In this document: piece by piece, positions 1-12,748 of the stretch
Layout of the letters: every line of letters begins with the position of its first letter
How positions within the stretch are numbered: position 1 is the stretch's first letter
Source of the DNA: Anolis carolinensis
Lineage: Eukaryota
Assembly: GCF_035594765.1 (NCBI RefSeq)
Contig: NC_085842.1
Span: 146,271,036-146,335,035, forward strand
Length of the DNA: 64,000 bases
Direction of reading: 5' to 3'
Translations under genes and position numbers: made by a program
The notes under the pieces: model-generated
The model's database searches: none
What the model was told of the DNA's origin: nothing
Seen by the model: the letters and a program-made list of their open reading frames with translations, nothing else

Positions 1-350
1 GGCTTTTGATTGTGTAGATCACAAAAAATGGTGGATCATTCTGAAAGAAATGTGGTGCCATGACATTTAATTCTCTTGAAGAGAAACCTACAAATCAAAT
101 AAAAAGTTATTGTTGGGTTAGAAAATGGAGGGACAATAGTTTTCATTTCGCAAGAAGGTCAAAACAAGTCTGTATTTTATCTGTTTAATTTATAGCAGAA
201 CATATAATGTGGAAAGCAGGAATACAGTCAGAGGAAGGAAATGTGAGAACTGGGAGAGGAAGAATCAACAATTTAAGATAAGCAGATGACAGCATATTAC
301 TTGATAAAAATATCAAAGACTTGGGATGACTAATATTGAAAGTTAAAGAA
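1..350 (+). mobile_element. Degenerate RTE/BovB LINE reverse-transcriptase fragment
   Basis: Translates with stops and frameshifts to AFDCVDH..W.ILKEM, LFNL.AEHIM.KAG, INNLR*ADD and ILKVKE. Confidence 0.8.
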
Positions 351-578
351 GCCCGGGGCTGTGGCGCAGACGGGAGAGCAAACCAGCTGCAATTAACTGC
401 AATCAATCACTCTGACCAAGAGGTCATGAGTTCGAGGCCCGCTCGGAGCTATGTTGTTTGTCTTTGTCCTATGTTAAAAAGGCATTGAATGTTTGCCTAT
501 ATGTGTAATGTGATCCGCCCTGAGTCCCCTTTGGGGTGAGAAGGGCGGAATATAAATGCTGTAAAGAAATAAATAAAT
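351..578 (+). mobile_element. tRNA-derived SINE with L2-type tail (Anolis SINE2-like)
   Basis: A box GTGGCGCAG, B box GAGTTCGAGGCC, tail ccgccctgagtcccc..gggtgagaagggcgg plus (taaa)n. Sister copies at 7448-7660 and 32354-32574. Confidence 0.85.
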
Positions 579-957
579 ACAGAAATATATGCATTAAAAT
601 GATTTAACTATATTTAAAGAGAAGGTTTTCTATACTTTTGCTCAGATTTTTATACCTTGGCTCAGTTAGTATATTCTCATATCTAAGGATGATGGGTCAC
701 ACGTGCATGGTTCACTTTTCTTTGTTCACGTCTGCACTGTGTAACCCCTGAGAATCCATCTTTCATCAGCCCTACCTTGAGTGACTGCACCTACCGGTAA
801 TCCCAGAGGCTCTGTTTATCCAGCCACAGAGAACTGATTTGTTGGCTATGGGATACTCTGGGTAAATATTTTTGTTTTGTGACCCATTTCTACCATTGGT
901 TTTGAGTGGATGCTGGACTCCATTAGCAAAAAGACTGGCATGCTCATAACTTGCCAC

Positions 958-1241
958 TTTTTTCTTGTCAGGAGTGACTTGAGAAACTGCAAATTGCTTC
1001 GGTGTGAGAGAATTGGCTGTCTGCAAGGACGTTGTCCAGGGGACGCCCGGATGTTTTGATGTTTTTATCATCCTTGTGGGAGGTTTCTGTCATGTCTGCG
1101 CATGGAGTTGGAGCTGACAGAGGGAGGTCATCCGCGCTCTCCCCAGGTTGGATTCGAACCAGTAACCTTCAGGTCACCAACCCAACCTTCAACTCATCAA
1201 TCCTGCCAGCACAAGGGTTAACCCACTGCACCACCGGGGGC
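958..1241 (-). mobile_element. Full-length tRNA-derived SINE, second family
   Basis: tRNA A/B boxes on minus and an A-rich tail ending ...ttctcaagtcactcctgacaagaaaa. Related copies at 13857-13953, 16067-16166, 26326-26615, 53027-53283 and 54621-54870. Confidence 0.85.
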
Positions 1242-1683
1242 TTACCACTATTAAAGCTTATCGTACAGCAGTAACATGTGACAACATTCAGCACCAAGTA
1301 ATGGAGTTTATCACATTAAGAGGCAAATTGCCATTATGACAGCACAACAGCATCTTTACTTTAGACTTTCCCACCAGGCTCCTGGTAGGAGACCATTGGA
1401 AGGCATTTCTTTTACAAAAGGAGGTCATTAATGGATTATTTGTATTTATAAAAGAAATTATTTTCAGGCTGTTTCCTATCAGGAAAGCAGTGAGAAATGA
1501 GCAACATCATATAAGACCAAGGCAATGACACTGTTGTACTGGTATAATCACAATGTGCCGGCTTTGTGTGATAAACTCCAAATCCACCCAGTTCTAAAAC
1601 AGGATACATACTTTGGCCACATTATGAAATGACATGACTCCCTTGAAATGAGACAAAAAGCAGTGTATAAATAAACATGATAG

Positions 1684-1718
<35 letters not shown>
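1684..1718. repeat. (GAT)n microsatellite
   Basis: Read directly; it produces the poly-H/S/I ORFs in the track. Confidence 0.95.
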
Positions 1719-1966
1719 GTGATAGAGTAAATGGCAAAAGGCAATGGTAAAAGACAAAGGCCACAACACAGATGGAATCTACATTCATAAATTCTATAAG
1801 ATCTGAACAGGCCTGTTGATAGAAGGACTTCATGGTGATTTCTCATTCACAAGGTCCCCATAAGTCAAAGTCAACTTGACTGCACATTAACAACAATAAC
1901 GGTATCACAGATCTAGAGAAAACTTTGGAGGAACTCTTTAAGCTATTCACGTTCAGGATGGAGATA

Positions 1967-4560
1967 CAGTGTTCCCTCACCACTTTGCAGTTTGTGTATT
2001 GCGGATTCACTGTTTTGTTGTTTTTCAAAAATATCCATTAAAAATACTGTTTCCAAATATCGCAGGATTTTCGCTATCTCGCGAGTTTTGGCGGTGTGAG
2101 CGCGCGCAGCTTCCCCTCTGCTCTTCCATTTCCGCTCCTCCATTTCTGTCTCTGGTGTTGTGTGAGCCATCTTCGATGCTTTGTGAGCTGTCTTCGGTGC
2201 TGTGTGTGCTATTGTGTGCCCTATGATGTCACCCAAACGTCTGGCAATGGTTTGTGGCAGCAAGCCTAAGTGTAAACTGTATGCTACAGTTGGCTGCCAT
2301 TATGGGATTAATGAATCAACGGTTTGTTATATTAAGAAGGAAGAGAAGAATATCCGGTCTACGGCAACAGTGTCTTTCAAAAAGACTGCGAAATGGGTGA
2401 TTACTCTTCGCAATAAGTTGATTGTAAAGATGGAATCTGCAATAGCCTTGTGGATTAATGACTGTCGTAAGAAAAATATTCCTTTGGATACAAACACCAT
2501 AAGGACTAAGGGAAAGCAACTTTACGACCGCATGGCAGAGAACATGAAGGTCCCAAGAAAAGGAGGACGACAACGGGGAGAATGAGGCAGGACCATCCAC
2601 ATCAACTGGTTTTCCCACCACATCAGGATTCGCTGCCAGCAAGGGCTGGTTTCATAAATGTCAGAAGCGCTATGGACTTAAGAGCATTTCTCTGCATGGA
2701 GAGGCTGCCTCCGCAGATACATCAGCTGCCGAGGAGTACGTGAGTAACACATTCAAGGACATAATAAAAGAAGGGGCTATCTACCAGAACAAGTTTTTTT
2801 AATATGGATGAAATGGGGTTATTTTGGAAGAGGATGCCATCTCGCACTTTTGTAATGAAGGAGGAAGCCAAAGCCCCTGGTTTTAAGGCTCAAAAAGATC
2901 GAGTCACTTTGATCATGTATGGAAATGCTACAAGAATTTATGATAAAGCCAGGGCTTATTTATAAGTCCAAAAACCCGAGAGCCATAAAGAACAAAAATA
3001 ATAATGTGTTGCCTTTGCATTGGATGCATGACCCCAAGGCATGGATAATGAAAATCCTCACAAAGGACTGGTTTCATCAGGTTAAGGTTTATCTGGCACA
3101 GAAAGGTCTTGAGTTCGAAATTCTTCTGTTGATAGACAATGCAGGAGGCCATGCTATTGACATAACACATGATGGGATCCAGGTTGAATTCTTGCCACCA
3201 AACACCACATCCCTCATTCAACCAATGGATCAAGGCATTATTCGCACTTTTAAGGTGCTTTACACAAGCAATTCCCTGCAAAACCTCATTGAAGCTATGG
3301 ACATACAGGAAGACGTCTCACTAAAGATGTACTGGCATGACCACATGATTGCATCATGCCTGAAAAATATTCAGAAGGCCATAACTGAGATGAAAACTGA
3401 GACTTTAAATGCGTGCTGGAAAAAATTGTGGCTGGAAGTGGCGCATGATCACAAGGGACTCTCTCTGGATGAAATCCATCATTCTGAAGTCAATAAAGCT
3501 GTGAGGCTGGCAAAAATACTGGGTGGAGAGAGTTTTAGTGATATGACTGCCAAAGATGTGAATGATCTGCTTGATGTGCACGGTCAACCATTGACAGACG
3601 AAGACCTGGAGGAGCTGGTCAAGTCAGCAAGTGAAGAAGAGGAGGATGAAGAAGAACAATGGGCTGAGGAAGAGGAGGAGGTTGGCTTAAAGCTTGAACG
3701 TCTTGCAACCTTGCTGAAAAAGGCTCAAGAACTTCAGCAACTTGCTGAAGAATGGGATACAAATATGGTTCATTCGTTGCAGTTCAGGAATTCCATTGAC
3801 AGCTGCATGTCAGCGTACAAAACCATGCTAACCCAGGCAAAGAAGCAGCGCCAGCAACTCCCTATAACTATGTTTATAATTCACACGAAGACATCTGTGA
3901 TGCCAACGCCTTCATCAGAGGAACCTGGGGAGGATTTGTAAAGAATTGAAATAGTCTACAGTACTGTACTGTATACTGTTATTGGGTTTTTTCAAGAAAT
4001 ATTTTTTAATATTTTAAAAATATTTTTATCAAGATTTTTAAAGTTTTGGTTTTGGAAGGGGGGAGGGGGGAGAGGGAGAAAGAAAGGAAGGAGGGAGAGA
4101 AGGGAAGGGTTTGAAATGATATTGCTAACCCAGGCAAAGAAGCATAACTATGTTTACTGTTACTGTATAACTTGCACAAAGACATCAGTGACGCCAACGC
4201 CTTCATCGGAGGAACCTGAGGAGAGTTTACAAAGACTTAAAATAATCTACAGTGTATACTGTATTTTTTTCCCCAAAAAATTGAATTTAAAAAAAAATAT
4301 TTTTATTAAGATATTTCTAGTTTTGGTTTTGGAAAGGGGAGAGGGGGGAAAGGGAGGAAGAAAGGGAGGAGGAGGGTAGGGAAGGAAGGGTTTGAAATAA
4401 AAATTGGTCATTTTGCTTCCATTCTTCTTCTCTGCCGGTGTACTGTATATTGTTACTGATAAAATAAGTAATTTTTAAAAAAACTGTGCCGCTATTTCAC
4501 GGTTTTTCACTTTTCGTGGGCGGGCTGGAACGTAACCCCGCAATAAGCGAGGGAACACTG
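1967..4560 (+). mobile_element. Near-full-length Tigger/pogo DNA transposon with disrupted transposase
   Basis: TIR CAGTGTTCCCTC...GAGGGAACACTG with TA TSD on both sides. Transposase 2223-3941 (MSPKR, ASKGWF, NMDEMGLFWKRMP, IDNAGGH, QPMDQG) is broken by frameshifts. Confidence 0.95.
2223..3941 (+). pseudogene. Tigger (CENP-B HTH plus DDE_1) transposase pseudogene
   Basis: ORFs 2202-2585 and 2919-3941 plus intervening shifted frames reconstruct a pogo-family transposase. Confidence 0.9.
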
Positions 4561-4651
4561 TAAATGCACTTCCAGGCCTTTTGAATTTTTATTATATTCT
4601 TTATCTTCCTGCTGTTCTTTTTAGTCTCCTTGAGAAAAAAAACTCACAATT

Positions 4652-4817
4652 TCAGTTGAAGGAACTATGAAGGAGGTGCCTGACACAAGCAAGCTGCATG
4701 CGCTTTTCACAAATGAACATATAGTCAGAACTGCAAGGCTCCTTGCTCCGTCGGTACATGGATTCTTTGAAGGCAGAGCAGTTTCCTTCACCGTGGTTAT
4801 TTGAGGAAACCCCATTT
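4652..4817 (-). CDS. Gene A exon 6 (CTLD part 3, NGVSSNNHGEGNCSAFKESMYRRSKEPCSSDYMFICEKRMQLACVRHLLHSSFN-stop)
   Basis: C...C..FICEK spacing; T-rich tract with AAG acceptor; phase 2; AATAAA on minus at 4588-4593. Confidence 0.8.
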
Positions 4818-7800
4818 CTTTAGAAAAAAATGGGAAAAATAATTATTTTTTAGAAAAAAATGATTTAAAAAAACACTCAGAAGCACGTAGTATCAGAAAT
4901 CACTGTTGCTAGGAGAATATCACTCAGTCCTTCTTTCCATGAAGAAACAACATTTCTCATTTGCCCCTTCCAGTCTCTGACTCAAATTCACATGACTAAG
5001 TCACACTACACATATGGGACCTAAAGGTCACCACTACACAGTAGCCATATTCTGGGTTTTTGGAGGTGTGTGCATTAATTGTTTCTCTCCTTTGAGAGAG
5101 AGAAAGCAGGATATTAAATACATATAATAAATGAATAAACATGGCTTCCATATGTTATGTTTTAAAATACCAGATAATTTTAATGATTAATTTTAAACTT
5201 CCACTTTATGTCTAATTTTTGTGTGTGCATTTTAATGTGCATTTTTATGGAAATATGTTTTAATATTGATATGTGTATTCTACAAAATATTTTAAATGAT
5301 TGTGTGTTTTGATTGCAATACACCTTTCAAATCCACAATTGTGTGCTTAAATATTAATCCAAAAGAATTCATATCATATTTTATCTGTTATGAAGTTATG
5401 ACATTCTAGTTTATTTTTTATGAATTATAGTAGCAAAAAATCCAACTTTTTTCAAATAAAATATGGGGACACCTATGAATTTGTAACTCTGCCCTTATGC
5501 ATGTACTAAAGGGACAGATTTTGTAGATTTCTTAGTGTCAGATTAATGTCTTAACCTAGGAAATCAATGGTTCCCAACCTGTGGTCCGTGGAGCAGTCCA
5601 AATAACCAACTGAATCTAAAGTTGACAAAAAACTGATTTGTAACCCTTTTGGTACTGATGTTGGAGAGTGGTCCCTGGTCAAGTAGTCCCTGGCCAAAAA
5701 GATGCATGATATAAACTGCATATATAAGTTCATTTGGATGTTTGACTTGGTATTTTATGATCTCTATGTGTATGTGTGTAAATAGTTATGTATATCCCAC
5801 CTTTTTACCTTTTTTTCTTCCTCCCAGGATGGTTACATAACATCAAAACCAGAACAGATAAATAATATATACAAATAGTCATAATAATATACAAAGGTTA
5901 TTTTTAAAGATAATTAAATAATTTTTAGAAACAAAAACATTAAAATACATTAAAAGATATGATATAAAAACAATAGCAACATTTTATTTTTATTTACAAC
6001 ATTTCTACCCCACCGTTTTCACCCTTCCCAAATTCCATTGCAATCCATTCCTAAAAGTAAGTTGGAAAAGAAAGGTTATATCAATATATTGCATTATTTA
6101 CCAACTCAAATCTGTAAAGTAATTTGGTGAACTGCATTGTGACAGATTATATGGAAGTCTGTTCAAAACAGTTACTCACCTGTTAGGAGAAACAGATCCA
6201 TCCATCCCGGGTTTTTTGCCCTCAGTGTCTCTATATCCAATCCAGTATGTGCCTTTTTGAGGGATATTATAAATGAGAAAATCCTAAGAAAAGAAGACAG
6301 GAAAAGAGAATGGCTCCTTGCCTGCTGCTACATGTTCATAGCCTATGAAGCTAAAAAGTTTCAATAACTCACAATGTGAACAGACTTTTTTCAGATGTCG
6401 TGTTGAGGGCATCCCTTGGAGAAAGATGGGGTGGCAAGAAAAGGTTGCCCCAAAAAGTGTGCTGCTGCTGAGTCTGAGAGGGCTTTTAAGCAATTGCTTT
6501 TGGCTGGAATAGGGCCCCTGGATGAAGGACCCAAAATCTGAGAAACTGTCTATTCCTTTCAGTTTGTCCACTACTTCTCATGCATATGTGATTCAGCTGA
6601 ATTGAGTCAAAAACACCATAGAGAAGACAAAGAATTAAGCACAATTGCTAATCCCAATTAAAAGAAGTGTGGTAACTTCACACTTACATAAATATAAGTG
6701 GATTGCTGTAGCTGGCACTAGAAATTAGACTGCGGCCATTGTTTCATTCTAGAACAGGGATGGGAAGTGTGTTCCCTTCCAGATGTTACTGGGCTGCAAA
6801 TCCCTGCAGTCATACCCATCATGCCCAAGGACTAAGAAGTATAGTCTAACAGGGAATTAAATCCAATCTGCAGTAGTTGCCTAGGGGAGACCCAATAAAT
6901 TAACTGCATAAGTCAGCATTTAAGCAAACAACAACAACAACAACAACAACAACTTTATTTCTACCCTGCCACCATCTCCCAAAAGGGACTCGGGACAATA
7001 AATACAGATACATCAATATCAAAAGAAAACATAATTTACATCTAAGCAACTAATGGTATGAGTCTGCTTTAGCAATTGGATTAAGATTTATAACTTCCAG
7101 TCTAGACACAGAAATGTGTGTGTTGCTCTTGGCCAGAAACACATCTGTATGGTTGTTATTTTGGGACCCTTGAAATAATATTTTAATCAGATCATCCTAT
7201 GCAACTGCATTTAGCTGAAATCCTGTATGTTACTCTTTTGCTGAGTTTATGTTGTTCTGAATACTATGGCCCCATCATCACTGCCATTATAATACAGATT
7301 GAACTGCATTATAGAGCCAGCGTAGGTAAGATTAGGTAAAGTTTTTCCCCTGACATTAAGTCCAGTCGTGTCTGACTCTAGGGGTTGGTGCTCATCTCCA
7401 TTTCTAAGCCGAAGAGCCGGTGTTGTCTGTAGACATCTCCAAGGTCATGTGGCGCAGGCTGTTGAGCAACCAGCTGCAACAAATCACTCTGACCAAGAGG
7501 TCATGAGTTCGAGGCCAGCTCGGAGCCCCATGTTTGTCTTGTCTTTGTTCTATGTTAAGGCATTGAATGTTTGCCTTATATGTGTAATGTGATCTGCCCT
7601 GAGTCCCCTTCAGGGTGAGAAGGGCGGAATATAAATACTGTAAATAAATAATAAATAAATGACTGCATGGAGCGCCGTTACCTTCCTGCCGGAGCGGTAC
7701 CTATTGATCTACTCACATTTGTATGTTTTCGAACTGCTAGGTTGGTAGAAGCTGGAACTAACAGCAAGTGCTCACTCCGCTCCCCAGATTCGAACCTGCG

Positions 7801-9749
7801 ACCTTTCGGTCCACAAGTTCAGCAGCTCAGCGCTTTAATACGCTGCACCATCAGGGGCTCATAGTCAGCATAGACTCATATATTCATGTTCAATGCAATT
7901 AAACTGTATTATGTGGATCTACACTGGCTAAATAATGTAATTCAATCTGCAGTGTAGATAAGACCTAAGAGCCATGTAAACTTGTGGCGGGGGGGGGGGG
8001 TATTTCTGGAAACAGAAGAGGAGTTTCTCATGCAAGAGATCCAACACTTCTGTTTGTTGTCTAACATAGCCACATCAGGAGAGAGACAAGGCTGAAACTG
8101 TACCCCAAACTATATTGTATCTAAACCCTTTAATAAATGTATAAAATTATATTTCTTGTGTAACTTGTATTTACTGTATACTGTGTCAATTCCTAAATGT
8201 ATAAAACTGTTTTGAATGTATTATGAAGGCATCTGCTTCTCCCAGTGCCCCTATTTACATAAGCTCCTGAGAATCGAGATGGCTCAATAATTAAGAAGGT
8301 CCCTCCAGCAGTCTTCCAGATCAGATAACATCAGTTCCTTTGTGTGTGTATGTGAGACAGATAATCCCTTTATAGCCAGGATTGTGTTGACACTGTTTAC
8401 CTGTTTAACTATGACTGAAGGCTTATGATCTCACGGAATAAAAGGCTAAAACAAAATATAAATACATTAGTCTTTTGAAAGGGAAACCAAGCCTCTGTCC
8501 ACCCAGGATTATAATCTTTTATTCTCTGGATCTTGTACCTTTGTCTTCACAGACACTTAAATCAATCAAGAAATCATCTGCATACCCACGTCATCATCTC
8601 CTTCAGTTTTACACACTTCACAGGGGTGTCTCTGCAACAGATCGAACCTTTAAACCTACCAATAGTCAACTATTATTCCTCCCACCATGTGAGTATTTGC
8701 GATGTCAGAGAAACCTACGGCCAATCCCTGCATGGATCCTAGCTAGCCTATTTCTCAGCCAATCAGGAGGTGCAGGAAGTCTGAATAGCTATCAGACATG
8801 TATAAAATGTCTTATCTTTTTCTATGGATCTATGCTTGTATATTTTGAGTGTTGGCTGTGACTTGCATCCCTTTTGGCCAAACTGTTATTAAACCTCTGT
8901 AGTTTGCCTTCAACCTGGAATGTTTGTTCTCTGTCCTGGCTGATCTGGTTTAGCAGAAGCTCACCAAGCATGGACCGTCTTATCCACAGTCCTAGTCGAA
9001 ATAGCTTCGTCCCTGTTGAGTTCAACAGCTTTCATTTTTGTGCCCACAAACTATGTTAAATTGGTGGAGACTCTACAAGATATTCTGTCACTGAGAAACT
9101 AGAGCAAAATGTGCTATAGCAGAATGTCCCTCCTTCATAGACAAAGTTTTTGCAGTTTAATAAACCAATTAGGAAATTACATTTATAACCGAAGAACAAA
9201 AATCATAATCCAGGAGAGGAAGTGTTTCTTTTCACAAAGAAAACAGGGGCGGGACAATGGGCAGGAACAACTCTCTACAACGTGATGGCAAATCAATTGA
9301 GAATTCCTGAATAAAACAGATAGTTTGCTAGTGTGTGATGGAGGTAGGAAAACCATCCATTCAATTTCAAAACAAAGTATGCCTAAGCTGTATGGTAATC
9401 TACTCTTCCATACACTTGACATGTTTAGTGGGATGAAGTCTAACATGCTTGTGGGACATGAATGCCAAGGTAAACCCCCCTGGGACTTACCATGGACTTT
9501 ACCCATCTCCCATTCATACATACACTGAATGCTAGCTCATAAAGGGACACTTCCATTTGAGAAACCCTAAGTTTTGACATTTTACTAAATGTAAAAAATG
9601 GCAGCACCATGCTTCCCAAACCTAGTTAACTACCCACCAATCTGCCCCATCCTCCAATCACCACCATCCCAATTCCACTCCGATTCCCTACTCTGAATGC
9701 TAGGCACATGTGTAAAGAAAAAGTTTTTTTTTCCCTTTTCATAAAAGTG

Positions 9750-9786
<37 letters not shown>

Positions 9787-11180
9787 CCCCAACCAAACTG
9801 GGATTGGGGTAAGGACAAATTATTTTGCAGGTGTTTATTCATCCTACGTCTGGTGGAAAATTCACAAATAACATTTGTAGGACAAAGGAGTCCTTTATTC
9901 TGCACGAACAACATAAAACACAAACCTTTTCAAAGTAATGCTCTCAAATGAAAGGAAAGAAGGACCTAAAACTTCAAATTTCCACAAAACTAATGACACA
10001 ACTTGCAAAAATACTGCTGCTCTATTTGTTGCCAGGAGGAAGAATAGCAGAAATAGCAAATACAGTCGAGTCTCACTTATCCAACATAAACGGACTGGCA
10101 GAACATTGGATAAGCGAATATGTTGGATAATAAGGAGAGATTAAGGAGAAGCCTATTAAACATCAAATTAGGTTATGATTTTACAAATTAAGCACCAAAA
10201 CATCATGTTATACAACAAATTTGACAGAAAAAGTAGTTCAATATGTCGTAATGCTACGTAGTAATTATTGTATTTACGAATTTAGCACCAAAATATCACA
10301 ATGTGTTGAAAACACTGACTACAAAAATGCGTTGGATAATCCAGAACGTTAGATAAGTGAATGTTGGATAAGTGAAACTCTACTGTAATAGAAATATGTT
10401 TTCCTTGACAATATCTGCTAGCAAACTCTTGAAGGAGAATCTAATCTACTTCTCTGAAAAGCATGGAATAACCTTTAATAAATGTATTTATTAAATGGAT
10501 TTTAGTAGCTGACATACTCAAGAGAACATAGTTGTCCTCTGGTATTTGTTCCATTTACTACAGGAGACACACAGAGAAAGCTCACCTGTTCCTCCTCACT
10601 GCCAATCACTACTAAGTCTGCACCCAGGTCATGGCAGGTGCCCCTGGCATTTGTCCAAGTGTCTTGGTTTTGGTCATAATAGTAGCATTTCTCCTGAAAC
10701 ATGATCCATTCATGGGGGCATGATGGAAAACCTGCAAAACATCAAGCCTTGAAATAATCCAGCCTAGAACAAATGATATATCTTAAATGCTGCAACTTTT
10801 ACAGAAACTTTGGTCAGATACTACCACAGATGTCTGCTCAGAAAATGAACATACATGATCTTCTGGCATATCCACATGGCACTGTGAAACGAACTTTTCA
10901 AAATAAAAATCTCAGAGGCTGTGCTGGTTGGTGGATTCTGAGAACTGCAGTGCAAAAACATCTACAGGTCATCACTGAGGGCCAGGTTTCTCTTTCCCCA
11001 AGGATCTTACATCTCATATGGTCCTGCTAAAATACTCTAAAGCAGGGGTCCCCAAACTAAGGCCCGGGGGCCGGATGCGGCCCATTGAAGCCATTTATTC
11101 GGCCCCCACAGCACAAGGGTAGAAGGGGGTTGGGCTAAATGACCCAAGGGGTCTCTTCCAACCCTCTTTATTATTATTAT

Positions 11181-11238
<58 letters not shown>

Positions 11239-12693
11239 ATTGAGGCTGGGTGGCCATCTTTCAGGGGTGCTTTGCTTGTGCCTTTTGGTGCAGAAAGGCA
11301 GAAGAGGGTTGGACTAAAAGGCCCAAGGGGTCTCTTCCAACCCTCTTTTTCATTATTATTATTATTATTATTAATTATTGCTTGGTAGCCAACTATAGTC
11401 CGGCCCTCCAACAGTCTGAAGGATCGTGAACTGGCCCCCTGTTTAAAAAGTTTGGGGACCCCTGCTCTAAAGTTACCAGAGCCTGTCTGATCTTAGAAGC
11501 TAAGCAGGTTTAGCCCTGGCTAGTATTTGGATGGCAGATGGCCAATGACTGCCAGCTGCTGTAGGCTATGTTTTAGAGGAAGGAATGAGCAAAACCACCA
11601 CTGACTATTCCTTGCCTTAAAAAATGAAATAATTCATGGGGTCACTATAAGTCAACTTGAAGGCACATGCACACACATCCCATATAGCAGAAAGCCAGCA
11701 TGGTGTAGTGGTTTGAGAGCCCTTCCGAGCAGCTGCTTAATCCAAAGTAAAGGATTAAAAATCCTGGTACCTTAAGAAGAGTCCTCACGTGGAGTCATTA
11801 GTCCTGGGAAATGGTCTCATAGCATCCAGAAAGGTTTGGTTAAAGCATATTGAAGGGATCCACAAAAGGTGCAGAACATTCTCTGGAAGTTTTCTTTTAA
11901 TTATTTTCTCAGTGACCCTCTGAGATGCGCTGTACCTCATAAGCATTTTGCCAATTCTTATGAGTGCTAATGCACTGATGCAGATATAATAATAATCTCT
12001 CCTCACCCTCCTGGTGTCTTTAGGTTTGCCCTCTTGAACCCTGTTTCCCTTTGGAGTCACTTCCCTACAATTGTCCGACCTGCTCCTGCAGAATTCTGGA
12101 AAATGTAGTTTAGAGAAGCCGGGGACTCTCTAGCTGATAATTCCAAAGGCTCTGCCCTGAACTACATGTCACAGAATTCTGTAGGAGCAACTCGAACGAT
12201 TGGCAGATGATAGCCTCCATTCTATAACGTTGGTGGGGAAAAGTTCATGGTTCCATGCTACAAAACGCAACTTACATCTGTTAAAGGCTAATATGAGGGC
12301 AGCAATTGCCATGATCAGAGAGAGGAAGGCCAGTCCATAAGCGAAGTTAATGGGAGATCTGCACTGTTCTTTCAATTTGTCAATACCATAGGCAAACAGA
12401 TCTGTAAATAAAGAAAAGTACATAGACAAAGTTGTAGCAAGAGGAGAAGTATTTCAGTTGTTTCAGAAATGCTATACCCAGGGCTGGCCTCCTGTGTGAA
12501 CATGAACAACTTAGGTACTGGCCCTGGACTCTGAGCTGAAAGAGTTGTGGGGGAGAGATAATTACAGAGATGTGATGTTTCTTGTATAGGAATTCTGGGA
12601 CTTGTAGTCCAAAAGATCTAATTTCCCATGCTCTGGCTACAAAATATTGAACCTACTATAATGACAGTTTAAGACTACAATGGCTGCATTTCC

Positions 12694-12748
<55 letters not shown>

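Noticed and set aside
1548-1846. Poly-His/Ser/Ile ORFs
   Set aside because: Translations of a (GAT)n microsatellite.
2919-3941. 340-aa ORF as a domesticated TIGD-like host gene
   Set aside because: It lies inside TIR/TA-bounded Tigger DNA, and the upstream transposase part with the first catalytic Asp is in other frames.
11473-11566. 5S rRNA gene
   Set aside because: Heavily diverged, interrupted upstream by a MITE and fused to a retroposon tail, so it is a SINE head.
11789-11882. Candidate neck exon for gene A
   Set aside because: Joining creates a TAG at the first codon, and the exit phase does not fit exon 4.
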